A stretch of 64,000 bases of DNA from Tubiluchus corallicola. Its lineage: Eukaryota; Animalia; Priapulida. The notes below the pieces were generated by a model. That model did not search any database. It was not told where the DNA came from and worked only from the letters and a program-made list of their open reading frames with translations. Below are positions 1-17,366 of the stretch, piece by piece (positions within the stretch are counted from its first letter, which is position 1; each line of letters begins with the position of its first letter). Made by a program: the position numbers and the translations under genes. Where the stretch lies: NCBI GenBank assembly GCA_030141605.1, contig JAQGDQ010002381.1:1-64000 (forward strand), in the 5' to 3' direction.

Positions 1-2780
1 TTTGTAAATACACAATTAGTGCATAATTTACTGTATCAATTTCTTTACAAGTCTCCTTATTCATTACCTATTTGGCTTTTGTAAATACACAATTAGTGCT
101 TAATTTACTGTATTAACTTCTTTACAAGTCTCCTTTATTCATTACCTATTGGGCTTTTGTAAATACACAATTAGTGCTTAATTTACTGTATTAACTTCTT
201 TACAAGTCTCCTTTATTCATTACCTATTGGGCTTTTGTAAATACACAATTAGTGCTTAATTTACTGTATTAACTTCTTTACAAGTCTCCTTTATTCATTA
301 CCTATTGGGCTTTTGTAAATACACAATTAGTGCATAATTTACTGTATCAATTTCTTTACAAGTCTCCTTATTCATTACCTATTTGGCTTTTGTAAATACA
401 CAATTAAGCACTAATTGTGTATTTACAAAGCTTGTAGTAATAGAATAAAATTATAAGAAATTTAATACAAGCACTATTACAAAAGCTAATAAATAACCTA
501 GCGTAAAAATAATAGATAATGAATAAAAAATGATACAGTAAATTAAGCACTAATTGTATTTTACAAAAGCCAAATTAATGAATAAAGACACTTGTAAAAG
601 TTAATACAGTAAATTAAGCATATTGTGTACAAGCCTAATAGGTAATGAATAAAGCAGACCTGTAAAGAAGTTAATACAGTAAATTAAGCACTAATTGTGT
701 ATTTACAAAAGCCTAATAGGTCATGAATAAAGCAGACGTGCTAAGAAATTAATACAGTAAATTAAGCACTAATTGTGTATTTACAAAAGCCTAATAGGTA
801 ATGAATAAAGGAGACTTGTAAAGAAGTTAATACAGTAAATTAAGCACTAATTATGTATTCACAAAAGCCAAATAGGTAATGATTATGGAGACTTGTAAAC
901 AAATTGATACAGTAAATTATGCACTAATTGTGTATTTACAAAAGCCCAATAGGTAATGAATAAAGGAGACTTGTAAAGAAGTTAATACAGTAAATTAAGC
1001 ACTAATTATGTATTTACAAAAGCCAAATAGGTAATGAATAAAGGAGACTTGTAAAGAAGTTAATACAGTAAATTAAGCACTAATTATGTATTCACAAAAG
1101 CCAAATAGGTAATGATTATGGAGACTTGTAAACAAATTGATACAGTAAATTATGCACTAATTGTGTATTTACAAAAGCCCAATAGGTAATGAATAAAGGA
1201 GACCTGTAAAGAAGTTAATACAGTAAATTAAGCACTAATTGTGTATTTACAAAAGCCCAATAGGTAATGAATAAAGGAGACTTGTAAAGAAGTTAATACA
1301 GTAAATTAAGCACTAATTGTGTATTTACAAAAGCCAAATAGGTAATGAATAAGGAGACTTGTAAACAAATTGATACAGTAAATTATGCACTAATTGTGTA
1401 TTTACAAAAGCCCAATAGGTAATGAATAAAGGAGACTTGTAAAGAAGTTAATACAGTAAATTAAGCACTAATTGTGTATTTACAAAAGCCCAATAGGTAA
1501 TGAATAAAGGAGACTTGTAAAGAAGTTAATACAGTAAATTAAGCACTAATTGTGTATTTACAAAAGCCAAATAGGTAATGAATAAGGAGACTTGTAAACA
1601 AATTGATACAGTAAATTATGCACTAATTGTGTATTTACAAAAGCCCAATAGGTAATGAATAAAGGAGACTTGTAAAAAGTTAATACAGTAAATTAAGCAC
1701 TAATTGTGTATTTACAAAAGCCCAATAGGTAATGAATAAAGGAGACTTGTAAAGAAGTTAATACAGTAAATTAAGCACTAATTGTGTATTTACAAAAGCC
1801 AAATAGGTAATGAATAAGGAGACCAGTAAAGAAATTAATACAGTAAATTAAGCACTAATTGTGTATTTACAAAAGCCTAATAGGTAATGAATAAAGGAGA
1901 CCTGTAAAGAAGTTAATACAGTAAATTAAGCACTAATTGTGTATTTACAAAAGCCCAATAGGTAATGAATAAAGGAGACTTGTAAAGAAGTTAATACAGT
2001 AAATTAAGCACTAATTGTGTATTTACAAAAGCCCAATAGGTAATGAATAAAGGAGACTTGTAAAGAAGTTAATACAGTAAATTAAGCACTAATTGTGTAT
2101 TTACAAAAGCCAAATAGGTAATGATTAAGGAGACTTGTAAACAAATTGATACAGTAAATTATGCACTAATTGTGTATTTACAAAAGCCCAATAGGTAATG
2201 AATAAAGGAGACTTGTAAAGAAGTTAATACAGTAAATTAAGCACTAATTGTGTATTTACAAAAGCCCAATAGGTAATGAATAAAGGAGACTTGTAAAGAA
2301 GTTAATACAGTAAATTAAGCACTAATTGTGTATTTACAAAAGCCAAATAGGTAATGAATAAGGAGACTTGTAAACAAATTGATACAGTAAATTATGCACT
2401 AATTGTGTATTTACAAAAGCCCAATAGGTAATGAATAAAGGAGACTTGTAAAGAAGTTAATACAGTAAATTAAGCACTAATTGTGTATTTACAAAAGCCC
2501 AATAGGTAATGAATAAAGGAGACTTGTAAAGAAGTTAATACAGTAAATTAAGCACTAATTGTGTATTTACAAAAGCCAAATAGGTAATGAATAAGGAGAC
2601 TTGTAAACAAATTGATACAGTAAATTATGCACTAATTGTGTATTTACAAAAGCCCAATAGGTAATGAATAAAGGAGACTTGTAAAGAAGTTAATACAGTA
2701 AATTAAGCACTAATTATGTATTCACAAAAGCCAAATAGGTAATGAATAAGGAGAATTGAAGAAAAGAAATTGATACAGTA
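1..2780. repeat. 77-78 bp satellite with a 233-bp trimeric higher-order repeat and an orientation switch at ~401-412
   Basis: The unit tttgtaaatacacaattagtgc...cctatttggct recurs every 77-78 bp. The variant gtaaacaaattg ends at 900, 1133, 1366 and 1599 (233-bp spacing). After ~410 the units are reverse-complemented. Confidence 0.95.
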
Positions 2781-3181
2781 ACAAATAGGTAAGTGTTTGA
2801 GAATAGAGTTAAATGACGTAAGCCTTCCGTTAATGTACAAAGCATTTCAGTTCCCTTAACTTTATACATGTTTTTATGTACCTGTGATAAATTATTCACT
2901 GATTATGTATTTACAAAGACTTAAATAGGCAATGATTACTGGCTCCATGTAAAAAATTACCCCTAATGATGACAGCAGTAGCTCTGTCAAAACGATTTGC
3001 ATGGTTTTTTAGCTCTGTAAACTAAAAGTTTTAATAAAGTTGTGGTGTTGTTACTATAAAGGCAACTATAAATTTTAACTATATTTTCCTAAGTTTAAGT
3101 GATGACGTTAGGTTAAACCCAACATACAGAGTGACTTGTTGTTTCCTTTAAAAACAGTAATAAACTTTGTTGACTACTCAC

Positions 3182-7263
<4,082 letters not shown>

Positions 7264-7699
7264 ATCTGCAGTAGTTTAGCTTTGATACAGTGTAAAACTT
7301 TGATATGTGAAGTTGAAGACATTCCACGTGTTTGGAATAGCGACCATAAACAGGGAAAACTAATGTGGTTGCTGTTCAAGTTACATACTGGCTTTTTGTC
7401 ACTCTGGGGTAAACGAACTGAAGTGCAATGACACATTTTGCCCGGCAGCATTTTAACGTGTTATGTCTTCTAAGTTGCTACTGATCTTGTTTACTGTCCC
7501 ATTGTAAAGAGTGTAGGTAGACTGTATATGTAACTGTAATCACTAATCAATTAACCATTGCGTGTTTTGTTAATTACAGAATTAACTACTACGTAAATTA
7601 TGTATGTATTACTGTATTTATAATGATAGTAGAAATAATAATAGTAGAGTAATAGTAATAGAAATCTTAAAAGTAATAGTAATGATAGTAATAGTGATA

Positions 7700-8383
7700 A
7701 TAATAATAACTAGCGAAACCCCGCAAAAGAATTTTGCGCATAAATGAACACACAAACTACACTACACCACCCACACCATACCACCCCACCGCACTATCCA
7801 CACTTGCCACACCACTCACACCACATCAGCTACACCATGCAGCTTTGTAAGTAAGGAACCTGAAGTGAGGCGTACAATTATTTCCAATCTTGTCACCTGT
7901 GGTCGTAGTGTTTCTGAGTTACTCAGGTCATCATGTAGTCCAGTTCCTCCTCTTTCTGAAAAGCTTTCCTATAAGAACTCCACTAATTATTGTTCGAAAC
8001 GTTATTTTCTGCAACAGTGCTTATAATGCCAGAGGGAGTGCTCACCTTTTGTCACGGCTTGCAACGTGCTAGATCTAAATGCAGTCAACAAAATATGCAT
8101 TTAGATCTAGGCAGGTTTACCCCCTGTGGCTCCTGTTTTTACTTACCGTTTTTCTCAAAGCAAAACGAACAGTATATCACTAACCCCAATAGATTAGTTT
8201 TCTATTATAGAGAATCGTGGCTATAGTATTTTTTCTAACATCCTATGAAATTATTCAAGATAAGTCACCAATTTCTGTGAAGAGCTTACTTCAGCCAGCA
8301 ATACAGGTTTTAATTTTGATTTACCAAATAAAGTAAACCATACCAACAGAGCAGCCAGGCAACGTCGAATAGCAACACTAGTT
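7700..8383 (+). mobile_element. Possible non-autonomous Helitron-like remnant
   Basis: Ends in ...ggcaacgtcgaatagcaacaCTAGT followed by a T-run. Contains an internal CAC-rich array and a weak FCHG..ARS echo of the helicase FSHGQLYVALSR motif. Confidence 0.35.
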
Positions 8384-9675
8384 TTTATTTATTTGAATAG
8401 CTAGTTTGCATCTGTTGTTTGATGCTTTGTAACATTGTTCCAGTACTGCATTTTTCTAAACGTATTTGTCATGTTTTGCAACCTCGTCAGAATTTTTCTT
8501 TTTTTATGACATGCATTTTTGCAATTTTTGAGCAGATCTGAAGTGGATTGGTGCACGACAAATGCTCACTTCTGATCGAGTATTGTGGCATATTATTTTT
8601 TCATTTTTTTCTCTGTTCTTCCCGCCAACAGCACACCCCATCAGAGACAGATCCAGTTCCTAGACATTCCCATGAGAGGCTCACTTAATCATTAAAGGTT
8701 CTTCAACTAACTATTAACAACTCAAAGAGCACAAAGATCAGTCTGGCAAGATGCAATTGTTCAACTTCTTTTTATATTCCCATCATTTGAAAAGTTATGT
8801 TTCCATTTTTCATTTGACTGTTTAAACCTTTCCAGCCAATTTGTCGAATGGTTTTGTTTTTGTTTTTTTAAAGACGTTTTTTTAGAAATTCCGGGTAGGC
8901 ATGAAGCCGCTCATGGTGAAGTGGTACAGGATTTGCGCTTGACTCTGACAGAGAGCGGTGGCAAGCAATTGGATACCTGGAAATATTCCAAGAAATATTC
9001 TTCTCGCCAAGCTACACACCCAATCACAAGTTTCTCCATGCCTCCCTATGAGAAGTTCACTTTCGCAGCAGGGGCATTTTTAGCTGTACTTTTCAACTGA
9101 TCATGAACAACACCAACAGCTCAATGATCAGGCTACAAACAGCTATAATTGGTAGCTATAACAAAATTAAAATCACTAATATTAACCAGTATGACAACAT
9201 ACACACTAATTCAGAATTTATATATCAACGGCCATATTAATTAAATCACAATTTTTTAATATTAATGAATAGTTGTAATTAAGGCACAGTAGTTTAGATT
9301 GCACTGACGCATTTGCCTTTAGCAGTGTGAGCTTCTTATTAACTAACGCTGATTGATCATCTCTGTAAAGTCGTTATTCAGTGATTATCAATGTATTTTA
9401 AAAGCAAATAAAAATTATTATATGCATTGATCTGAATAAATTTTATTTAAATTTCTCCTGCTATTTCCTCAAGCAAATTCAGTAATTTAAAACTCATTAT
9501 GTCAATACAAACTTTTGACTCTTGATTTCATACCAATATAATAGTGTACAACAACGTACATGATGTACATAACTTTCGTATGTTTTGAAAAGTAGAACCC
9601 TTGTGCTACGTGATTTTTGCAAGGAAGAGGGTGAGCCGCTGCTAACGTGGAATCAGGGCTTGCAGGGGACCCTAT

Positions 9676-10964
9676 TGTTATGAATTTATTTTAAAATAGG
9701 AAATTAATTGATGAGAATTTGGAATTAGATTAATTACAGCCGATTAAATCTTGAACGAAGATTGTACCGTTCAACCATGATGACTCGCTCAGCTTGTAGC
9801 TTGAATTTAATGCGTAAAGGGATCAGAGGTTGATAGATTGCAAAGATCTGAGATATTAAATAAATTCGGTACACCTGTAACGTTAAATGAACTTTGAGAG
9901 TCATGAAGAATCATTAGCCCACATTTGATAGGAGTACACTGGTACGACAAGAGAGCTAACTTCCGAATTCAATGGCTACTGGTCAAAAGCTCATTTGTAT
10001 AAGCCAAATTAGTGGTAGGCGACTGTCACCGTCCTATCAATAATTAGCCCAGAGATGCAGGCTATATGCTATCAGCACAAGTACAATAAATCGCTGTCCT
10101 CTTTGAATCAATGGGTACCATCTTGGATGAGTAGTAGTACACTCAGCCAAGTAGCTCTTAACGTGTCACTGACAAAATGTCATGTCAAGTGACCTTCGAT
10201 TCAAAAGACAGTGCAGAGAGCTTTTGAGTGGTTGTTGACGATTGGGCTGCAAGACGCAAGGAGCTGACGAGAGCTGCGAGGTCTATCAGAGAGACGTTCT
10301 TGGAGAAGAGACATTTTCTATAGCTCAGCGTGGAGGAGAAATCTACGTCGTTTGTCTATCAAACCTCTGATGCTTAGAGTCTCGATTAGGAGTCTGTATC
10401 TGGCCAATTACAGTTGTTAGATTGGCCAGGCCGCAAGTTAAGTAATCTTACGATTATCTTAGTTTCGATAACGGATCAACTTAATTGTAATAACATGTAT
10501 TTTGTGTACAAGAAGTACGAGCGTAACAGTTTAGTATTTTGAATTAATCGGTATATCATTGGCGATATATCTCTTCTAGTTGTAAGCACCCTCAAGCACA
10601 TAAGTTAAATATTTGTAAAAGTATTGATTCATCTCTTGTTAATCGTTTTGGTAATTGTATAATAAAAGCTGTTACTGATTTGTTGAATCATCACTGTTAC
10701 TGCTTTGTTGAATTACTTTACTGAATTAGAAGTAACTGTAAGTGCATTCTCGTTAAAGACGCTATCTGCTTTACGAACCTAGAGTATTCACATTGCGAGT
10801 TACTGTCCAGTGTGAATGGCACCGTGTGAACGAACTTTCCAGTTACTCTCAACACTTGTGGCTGTGAATTGACAAGGGAAGGTGTGCAGCAAGTTTTGAA
10901 CCCATTACCTGACAAGAAAACTCGCTTATCTGAACGCAGCTTTAGGCTATTATGAAGTTTTACA
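9676..10964 (+). mobile_element. Solo LTR (probably Ty3/Gypsy-type)
   Basis: TGTTA...TTACA termini, a 4-bp direct flank CTAT (9672-9675 and 10965-10968), an internal AATAAA at 10661, and no ORF. Confidence 0.6.
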
Positions 10965-11242
10965 CTATTCGGTTTTTGCTTTTAGCATGGAAACTGTTGT
11001 GTTTTGTTTCTCTCGGAAGGCTCGTAGAGAAAACCAGAAAACACGTGTCAAATTAAGCTAGTTTATTATGCGAGAATTCTACAACACAAAAGTATGAAGG
11101 AACGTGAAATGTTTACAGTAAATGTGATAATCTGGAAACGAGAAAGCGTATCTGAGAATACGAGGATACAAGAGAATGTGAGAGAATAAACATTAGCAGC
11201 CAGCTCCGCCTCATATATCAGTGCCAGGGAACAATCTAGAAA

Positions 11243-11573
11243 TATAGGTTTTACACGTCAAATGTAGACACAGGAAAGTTCAAATGTGTTTTGGTAACTC
11301 AAATGTGACTTAAGTAAGTCAAATCTAGACACAGGAATTTCGAATGTGTTTTGGTAACTCAAACGTGACTAGGTAAGTCAAATGTAGACATAGGACATTT
11401 GACTTGACATGTTTCTACATTTGACTTACCAAAAAACGCTTAAGATTTGTTGAAAAGCATTGTTAACACATTTGATATGCCTAAGTCTACATTCGAGTTA
11501 CCAAGACACATTTGAATTACCTAAATCTACATTTGACTTAACGTAGGTCTACATTTGACGTGTAAAACCTATA
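11243..11573. mobile_element. MITE with ~28-bp perfect TIRs and internal subrepeats
   Basis: tataggttttacacgtcaaatgtagac ... gtctacatttgacgtgtaaaacctata; internal tcaaatgt/acatttga repeats are mirrored. Confidence 0.8.
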
Positions 11574-13149
11574 GAAAGTTCTCGAAACTTCTACAAGATA
11601 AGAAGATTGTTCTACTATACTATAGAACATTCCACAATATTCTATTTAATTCTAGTGGATCTCCACAACAGAAACCTCGCATGTAATGACGTCACAAACA
11701 AACAAGTGTGCGTGAACAATACGAAAACTCTTGCAAACGAGAACCATTCTTGCATCCTTTGCACAGTATTCCAAAATCACTTTAGAACGTTACAAGTCAG
11801 TTTGACGGCTGGAATTTCACCATAATTTAAATTCCAGATCAGACGCCATAAAGGTTCATTTTCCTTAAATTAAGAATTTGTGAAGATTTTGTTACAGACA
11901 AGTTGAATTTTTTACGCAGCTAGTCAGATTGTAATAGCAATATAGTCAAATTTCATCAACTTTTTGACTCATTCCTAGAAATTCGTTTGACTACAACAGA
12001 CTGTTGGGTGATTTTCACATGGCTTTTACATACAGTATAAACGTATCCTGACCATCCTTCTTGTCACGATATTGTCGAGTTCGGACGCGTGTTCTTATAC
12101 AACCAAGAATGAGTACTTGTTTAAAAAAGAAATAGGTCGTTGTGCGAGGAGCACCCTCGTAGGGATACACTAGACGGAGAGATGCGTTCTGTGCGTAAAA
12201 GCAATCGTAGTGGACAGTAACGCAGGAGAAACGGTTTTTCACAAAAAAAAAATGGTATGAAAGTAGACGTGACGAGGTATGGGAAGAGTGTTGCACGGGG
12301 ACGCACTCTCTTAAATATTACAAGGATTTTTGGGAAGGAGCTGCTGCTAACGAAAGATGCCGTCGTGAACAAGAATAAGTACCCGTTGTTTGTTCATCAT
12401 CATTGTTTTACTCATTATTTGCTTTTTGTCATTTTTAAGAAATTGAACTACAACATTTTAACTTTCAGGTGTCTTTGATGAAACTACGTGATACAATCAT
12501 TATTTTTATTCATAAAAGAATAAAACAACCAATCAAATTTCACGATATCGCTATTTGTTTATCCATAATGTGAGTGTATTTAGATTATTATTTATTTACA
12601 CAGCTAAATCATAAATTACATCAAAATACACGCACAATTACAAGTACATTTACAATTATGAAATACAAAAAATTTTTAAAATACAATCGGTAAAATAAAT
12701 CAGAAAATGTTTATTAACAGAGAAGAAATCACTCTTCATAAATGAAGCGTAATAATTCACCTTGAAAGGTAGAAATTTTCCACCAGTTAGATGCTGTCTT
12801 GTTGCATACAGAGCTTGCGTTAGCAATATCGCTGTATATAATTTACAATTTTAAAGAAAACCGGACCCAATCTCAAACTTAGGTCAAAACAACCTAGTCC
12901 TTAAAATATTGAAAGAGAACATAATATTTTTTTCAAAAATGACTTACGTGAAAGAATTACATACCACCCCACCACACTATCCACATCACATCACATAACT
13001 CACACCACACCACACTGACCAGACTACACCACAACAACCACAGCACACCAACTGCACCACGCTACACCCACCTCACAAAATCCACAGATGATAATAGACT
13101 ATCAGACGATGATAGACTAAAAGAACTTAATTATAATGTACATTCTATT

Positions 13150-13341
13150 ATACATGTAGAAGACAGCTCCGAAACGACAAAGAACGCAATGCCTATCAAG
13201 GTACACCGTTCACATGTGCTCATTGCAGGAGGAGGTTCTCAGCAAGAATCGGGCTTATAAGCCACCTCCGTACCCATCCTACGAAGTCAAAATGAAGCCA
13301 TGATCCTCTTCGACTACGAAGGACGAACAACAACAACAACA
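13150..13341 (+). mobile_element. 5'-truncated RTE-type retrotransposon 3' end
   Basis: Translates ...FTCAHCRRRFSARIGLISHLRTH...stop (C-terminal C2H2 knuckle), followed by a short UTR and an (ACA)n tail. acattctat lies on both sides as a possible TSD. Confidence 0.7.
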
Positions 13342-14508
13342 TTCTATAACGCTGTACAACAGTGGGTGAAGACAATGCCTGGAACAGCCACGAAAGTTTT
13401 CAAACTCAAAGACAATGGATGTTCCAAACAGCGTGCAGCACGGGGAGTTGAAAAAGAACTTCTAAATACACCTTTCCTGTTTCGTCCACTGGGCATCTCT
13501 TAAAGCAAAACCTTTATGAATTGTACACCACTTCGTCCTCTCTCGGGCTCCGGGACATGTGTATTGGTCCGAGAAACCATGGCCCTCCTGCGAATACTAA
13601 ATGATTATAACACCCAACGTTGAATTAACTGTTTATTCAAACATTATTGGTACCGTGCTTGGCATATTTCTGTTCTCCAGAAATAAGAGATGTAAGTTTA
13701 GCATTTTTTTGCGAAAAATGGGCAAAAGGCACCATTTTAGGAGGTTATTCGCTTCTCGTTCCTCCCTGTGGGCTTGATTCGAAAAATAAACCCCAATGGT
13801 AACTCTGTACCTTCCCTACAGTGGCGGCTCGTAGCTAAAATTAGTGGGGGTGCTGAAAATTTTTAAAAAAATAAGCCATTGTTTTAATGCTGTGTAAAAC
13901 GAAACAAACATATGTAATTTTAATGTTGTAATTTAAATTTTGAACAAACGAACAAATTTATACATAAATTTGATAAACTCCTAAACAAAACGTATTGTTT
14001 TCTTACGAATAGCCTAAATTGTCGCTGTTCAAGAACATGCCGATACGCGGCTTTTAGACACGTGACAACTGACAACACGTACTGCAGTGAACGACAGTAC
14101 TTTTTCTACCTAAACCACAGCGTGTTATCTCTGACATCTGCGCATGTAGACATGATGGAATGAAAAAATAGTAAGATCAGGGATAGGAAAAGGGAAGGAA
14201 GGGGAGGAAATGACTGCAGTGGGTGTTTTCATTTACATAGAGCTATATTACAATAATGATGTATATTACAAATAATGGGAGGTCATAGATTGCGACTGCA
14301 TGAGACATTTATTCATTGAACCTTCTAAAATGATATTGGTAAATGGATTTGCAAAGGAAGTGGAAAGTGGAAACAAGTTGTAGTATGTTGATACATAACT
14401 AAGTCTTTGAGAATTAAAATACCACATTCATTAAGTACGGACGTACCAACAGTGGTACATTTGGATAAATTGTATCATATAACCATATACTACTAAACTG
14501 CATTATCG

Positions 14509-15816
14509 TTAAACGAATGAATCTGATTCCGACTCGGGCTCTGATTCCGACTTGGGCTCTGATTCGGACTCGAACTCGTCCGATGAGGACTCAACTACTT
14601 CACTGTCAGTTTGTGGTTCAATTGTTCTTTTTCTTCTAATAATATATGCCCCCAGCCCTAACAGAGCAGCTACAGCGACTCCAACTACAATGCCAACTAT
14701 TACTAATTTGTGAAACTTGAAATCCGTTGTTGTTTTTGAAGTGGTGTCTTCCACTGTATTTATTTCGGTCACAGTTGTTGATGCTGCCGTCGATGTTGTA
14801 GATGCTGCCGTTGATGTTGTAGATGCTGCCGTCGATGTTGTTGATGCTGCCGTCGATGTTGTAGATGCTGCCGTTGATGTTATAGATGCTGCCGTCGATG
14901 TTGTTGATGCTGCCGTCGATGTTGTAGATGCTGCCGTCGATGTTATAGATGCTGCCGTCGATGTTGTAGATGCTGCCGTTGATGTTGTAAATGCTGCCGT
15001 CGATGTTGTTGATGCTGCCGTCGATGTTGTAGATGCTGCCGTCGATGTTGTAGATGCTGCCGTCGATGTTGTAGATGCTGCCGTCGATGTTGCTGATGCT
15101 GCCGTCGATGTTGTAGATGCTGCCGTCGATGTTGTAGATGCTGCTGTCGACGTTGTTGAAGCTGCCGTCAACGTTGTTGATGCTGCTGTCGATGTTGTTG
15201 ATGCTGCCGTCGACGTTGTGGATGCTGCCGTCGATGTTGTTGATGCTGCAATCGATGTTGTTGAAGCTGCCGTCGACGTTGTTGTTGCTGCTGTCGACGC
15301 TGTTGTTGCTGCTGTCGACGCTGTTGATGCAGCCGTCGACGTTGTTGAAGCTGCCGTCGACGTTGTTGATGCTGCTGTCGACGCTGTTGATGCTGCCGTC
15401 GATGTTGTTGATATTGTTGTCGTCGTTAACAGTTCATCACAGTCAAAATCATCAGCTGTTGCATCTTGAACATTTTTAGGCCACACACAATCAACACGAG
15501 TGAGATTATTGAGCGACCAGGGAGGTAGAACAATCCAGGTCAAGTTGCAGTCGCATCTCAATTGTCCATCTAAAAAATAGGAAACCATTCAGAAGCCAAG
15601 ATTAGACTACCAGTCTACAGCAAAAGAATACTATTATTTGTCAGCCTACAATAGACACGCTAGAAATGTTCACTTTCATTTGACATGACCCAGGTACCGA
15701 AATCAGTTTTCTGCATTTTGATAAATACATTGTTTTAAGTACTTACCTTCTGAATACTTCAACAGTGGTAACAATACATTTTGAAGTGCACTCAGTTCAA
15801 TAGTAAGAATGCAGTG
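14509..15816 (-). CDS. LRR C-terminal cap + Thr/Ser/Ala mucin stalk + transmembrane helix (type I LRR receptor, 3' exons only)
   Basis: The last exon 15569-14509 (acceptor ttttttag) encodes LRCDCNLTW...DCVWPK...FDC (LRRCT), about 30 STAASTT 7-aa repeats, the TM LVIVGIVVGVAVAALLGLGAYII-RRKR and an acidic tail. A probable upstream exon ends at 15747 (gaag/gtaagt, phase-compatible). Confidence 0.75.
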
Positions 15817-15929
15817 CTAAACAAATTTAGCCACACAGTAAATACAATTCACAGTGAAACGTTCGACTTGCATTAATTTGAAATCAGATTTCGCTTGCTA
15901 TTATTTAGCCCTATAAGTTCATGATTTGT

Positions 15930-16156
15930 GAGATGTTTTGAAATGTTTAGTAAAGTGCACGTACAATTTTGCCGTATCCGTATCCGTATAGTTTACAAAG
16001 ACAAATGTCATTACGTTGATGAAAGCACTGATACAAACCTGCGCACATTATGTATTCTTTTGAAATGTTTAGTAAAGTGCATGTACAATTTTGCCGTTTC
16101 CGCATCCGTATAGTTTTCAAAGACAAATGTCATTACGTTGATGAAAGCACTGATAC
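15930..16156. repeat. ~120-bp tandem repeat interrupted by the LINE; continues at 21183-21330
   Basis: gaaatgtttagtaaagtgca...gcactgatac occurs twice before and once after the LINE. Confidence 0.85.
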
Positions 16157-16453
16157 TTACTGAGTAATTGGCGCTGCTGCAGTTCATGGCGCACGTAAAT
16201 TTGATAGTCTCTCGTACATTTTTGTACAAAAGTAGATTTTATATTCTGACAAAATAATTTTGGACCTCGTATGCAGTTGACATTTATAGTGTTAGATCGT
16301 CTGTGCACTGGCAAGCTGTTCATTTTACCGGCAGTCTGTATAATTTTGACAAATTGATGGTATTGCGGAGACTTCGTTCAAGTTTTCCCGCCATTTGGAG
16401 CTTCACAAAGGAATTCGGTTACCGGTAAACACAGACATACACGAGCGTACAGA

Positions 16454-17329
16454 ATGACTTCGACAAGCGATCACAACATTACCCTGGATGAGTTTCGACT
16501 GTTAAACCCAAAACAAAGAGAAAAAGTCAATAAAAGTGAATTACTGAGGCTACTATCAGAATCAGAAATGACACCGCAAGCAGAGTCAGGTCTCGAGGAC
16601 AGCAGTAAAGGCACTGAACTAGAAAGTCAAGCAGCTATGGAAACAAGGATTATTCAACAGGTTAGATTATTAATTTTTCCATTATCCAAGGAAATCTCTG
16701 AACTAAAGCAGCTCACAGATCAAGTTAAATCTAGCCAGGACTTTATAAGCAGCAAATTTGACCAATTTAAAATGGAGACAGATGCTTTAAAAAAGACCAC
16801 CAATGATCTTACTAAAAAATTAAACGAGCTAGAGAGAAAGCAGGATGATTTAGACCAGTATGGGCGACGGAACACCCTCATTATCTCCGGTATACCCCAA
16901 GCTAGTGATTATGAAAATACTGACGAAATTGTTTGTCAAGTAGGTCAAGCCCTCAAGGTGAACATCTGTAAAGAGGACATCTCGATCTCCCATCGATTGC
17001 CACGAAAAGAAAGTGCTACAAGACCACCTCAGATTATTGTGAAATTTATAAAACGGAAAGTAAGAGACTGTTTGTGGCAAAACAAACCCAAGAGAAATGG
17101 ATCTCTTAAGGCTAGTGATTTAGGGTATGTTTCACATAATCTTGTGTACATTAGTGAAAGTTTAACTAATCGTAGACGTGTATTACTTAACAAATGTCTC
17201 GAACTAAAAAGAAACAAAGTAATCTTGTATGTTTGGACTAAAAATGGCCAGATTTTCATCAGGAAAACTGAAACATCTGAACCCTTCCCTGTAAACAATT
17301 TTGATGATGTAGATAAATTAAAACACTAA
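16454..17329 (+). CDS. LINE ORF1 (coiled coil + L1-ORF1-like RRM/CTD)
   Basis: 291 aa with DDLDQYGRRNTLIISGIP, HRL...PPQIIVKF, YISESLT and VWTKNGQIFIRK motifs typical of CR1-group ORF1. Confidence 0.88.
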   Translation: MTSTSDHNITLDEFRLLNPKQREKVNKSELLRLLSESEMTPQAESGLEDSSKGTELESQAAMETRIIQQVRLLIFPLSKEISELKQLTDQVKSSQDFISSKFDQFKMETDALKKTTNDLTKKLNELERKQDDLDQYGRRNTLIISGIPQASDYENTDEIVCQVGQALKVNICKEDISISHRLPRKESATRPPQIIVKFIKRKVRDCLWQNKPKRNGSLKASDLGYVSHNLVYISESLTNRRRVLLNKCLELKRNKVILYVWTKNGQIFIRKTETSEPFPVNNFDDVDKLKH

Positions 17330-17366
17330 TCCCTTCTTCACTCGTTTGAATCAATTTCTCATTGTA

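Noticed and set aside
1-2780. CRISPR-like regular repeats (also 42942-43582 and 51812-52650)
   Set aside because: Contiguous tandem units with no unique spacers, no cas genes and a eukaryotic context.
8500-9130. Possible exons or tRNA-like sequence
   Set aside because: No consistent frame, splice pair or cloverleaf could be supported.
14717-15479. Plus-strand VDAA-repeat ORFs
   Set aside because: Antisense shadows of the mucin-stalk exon.
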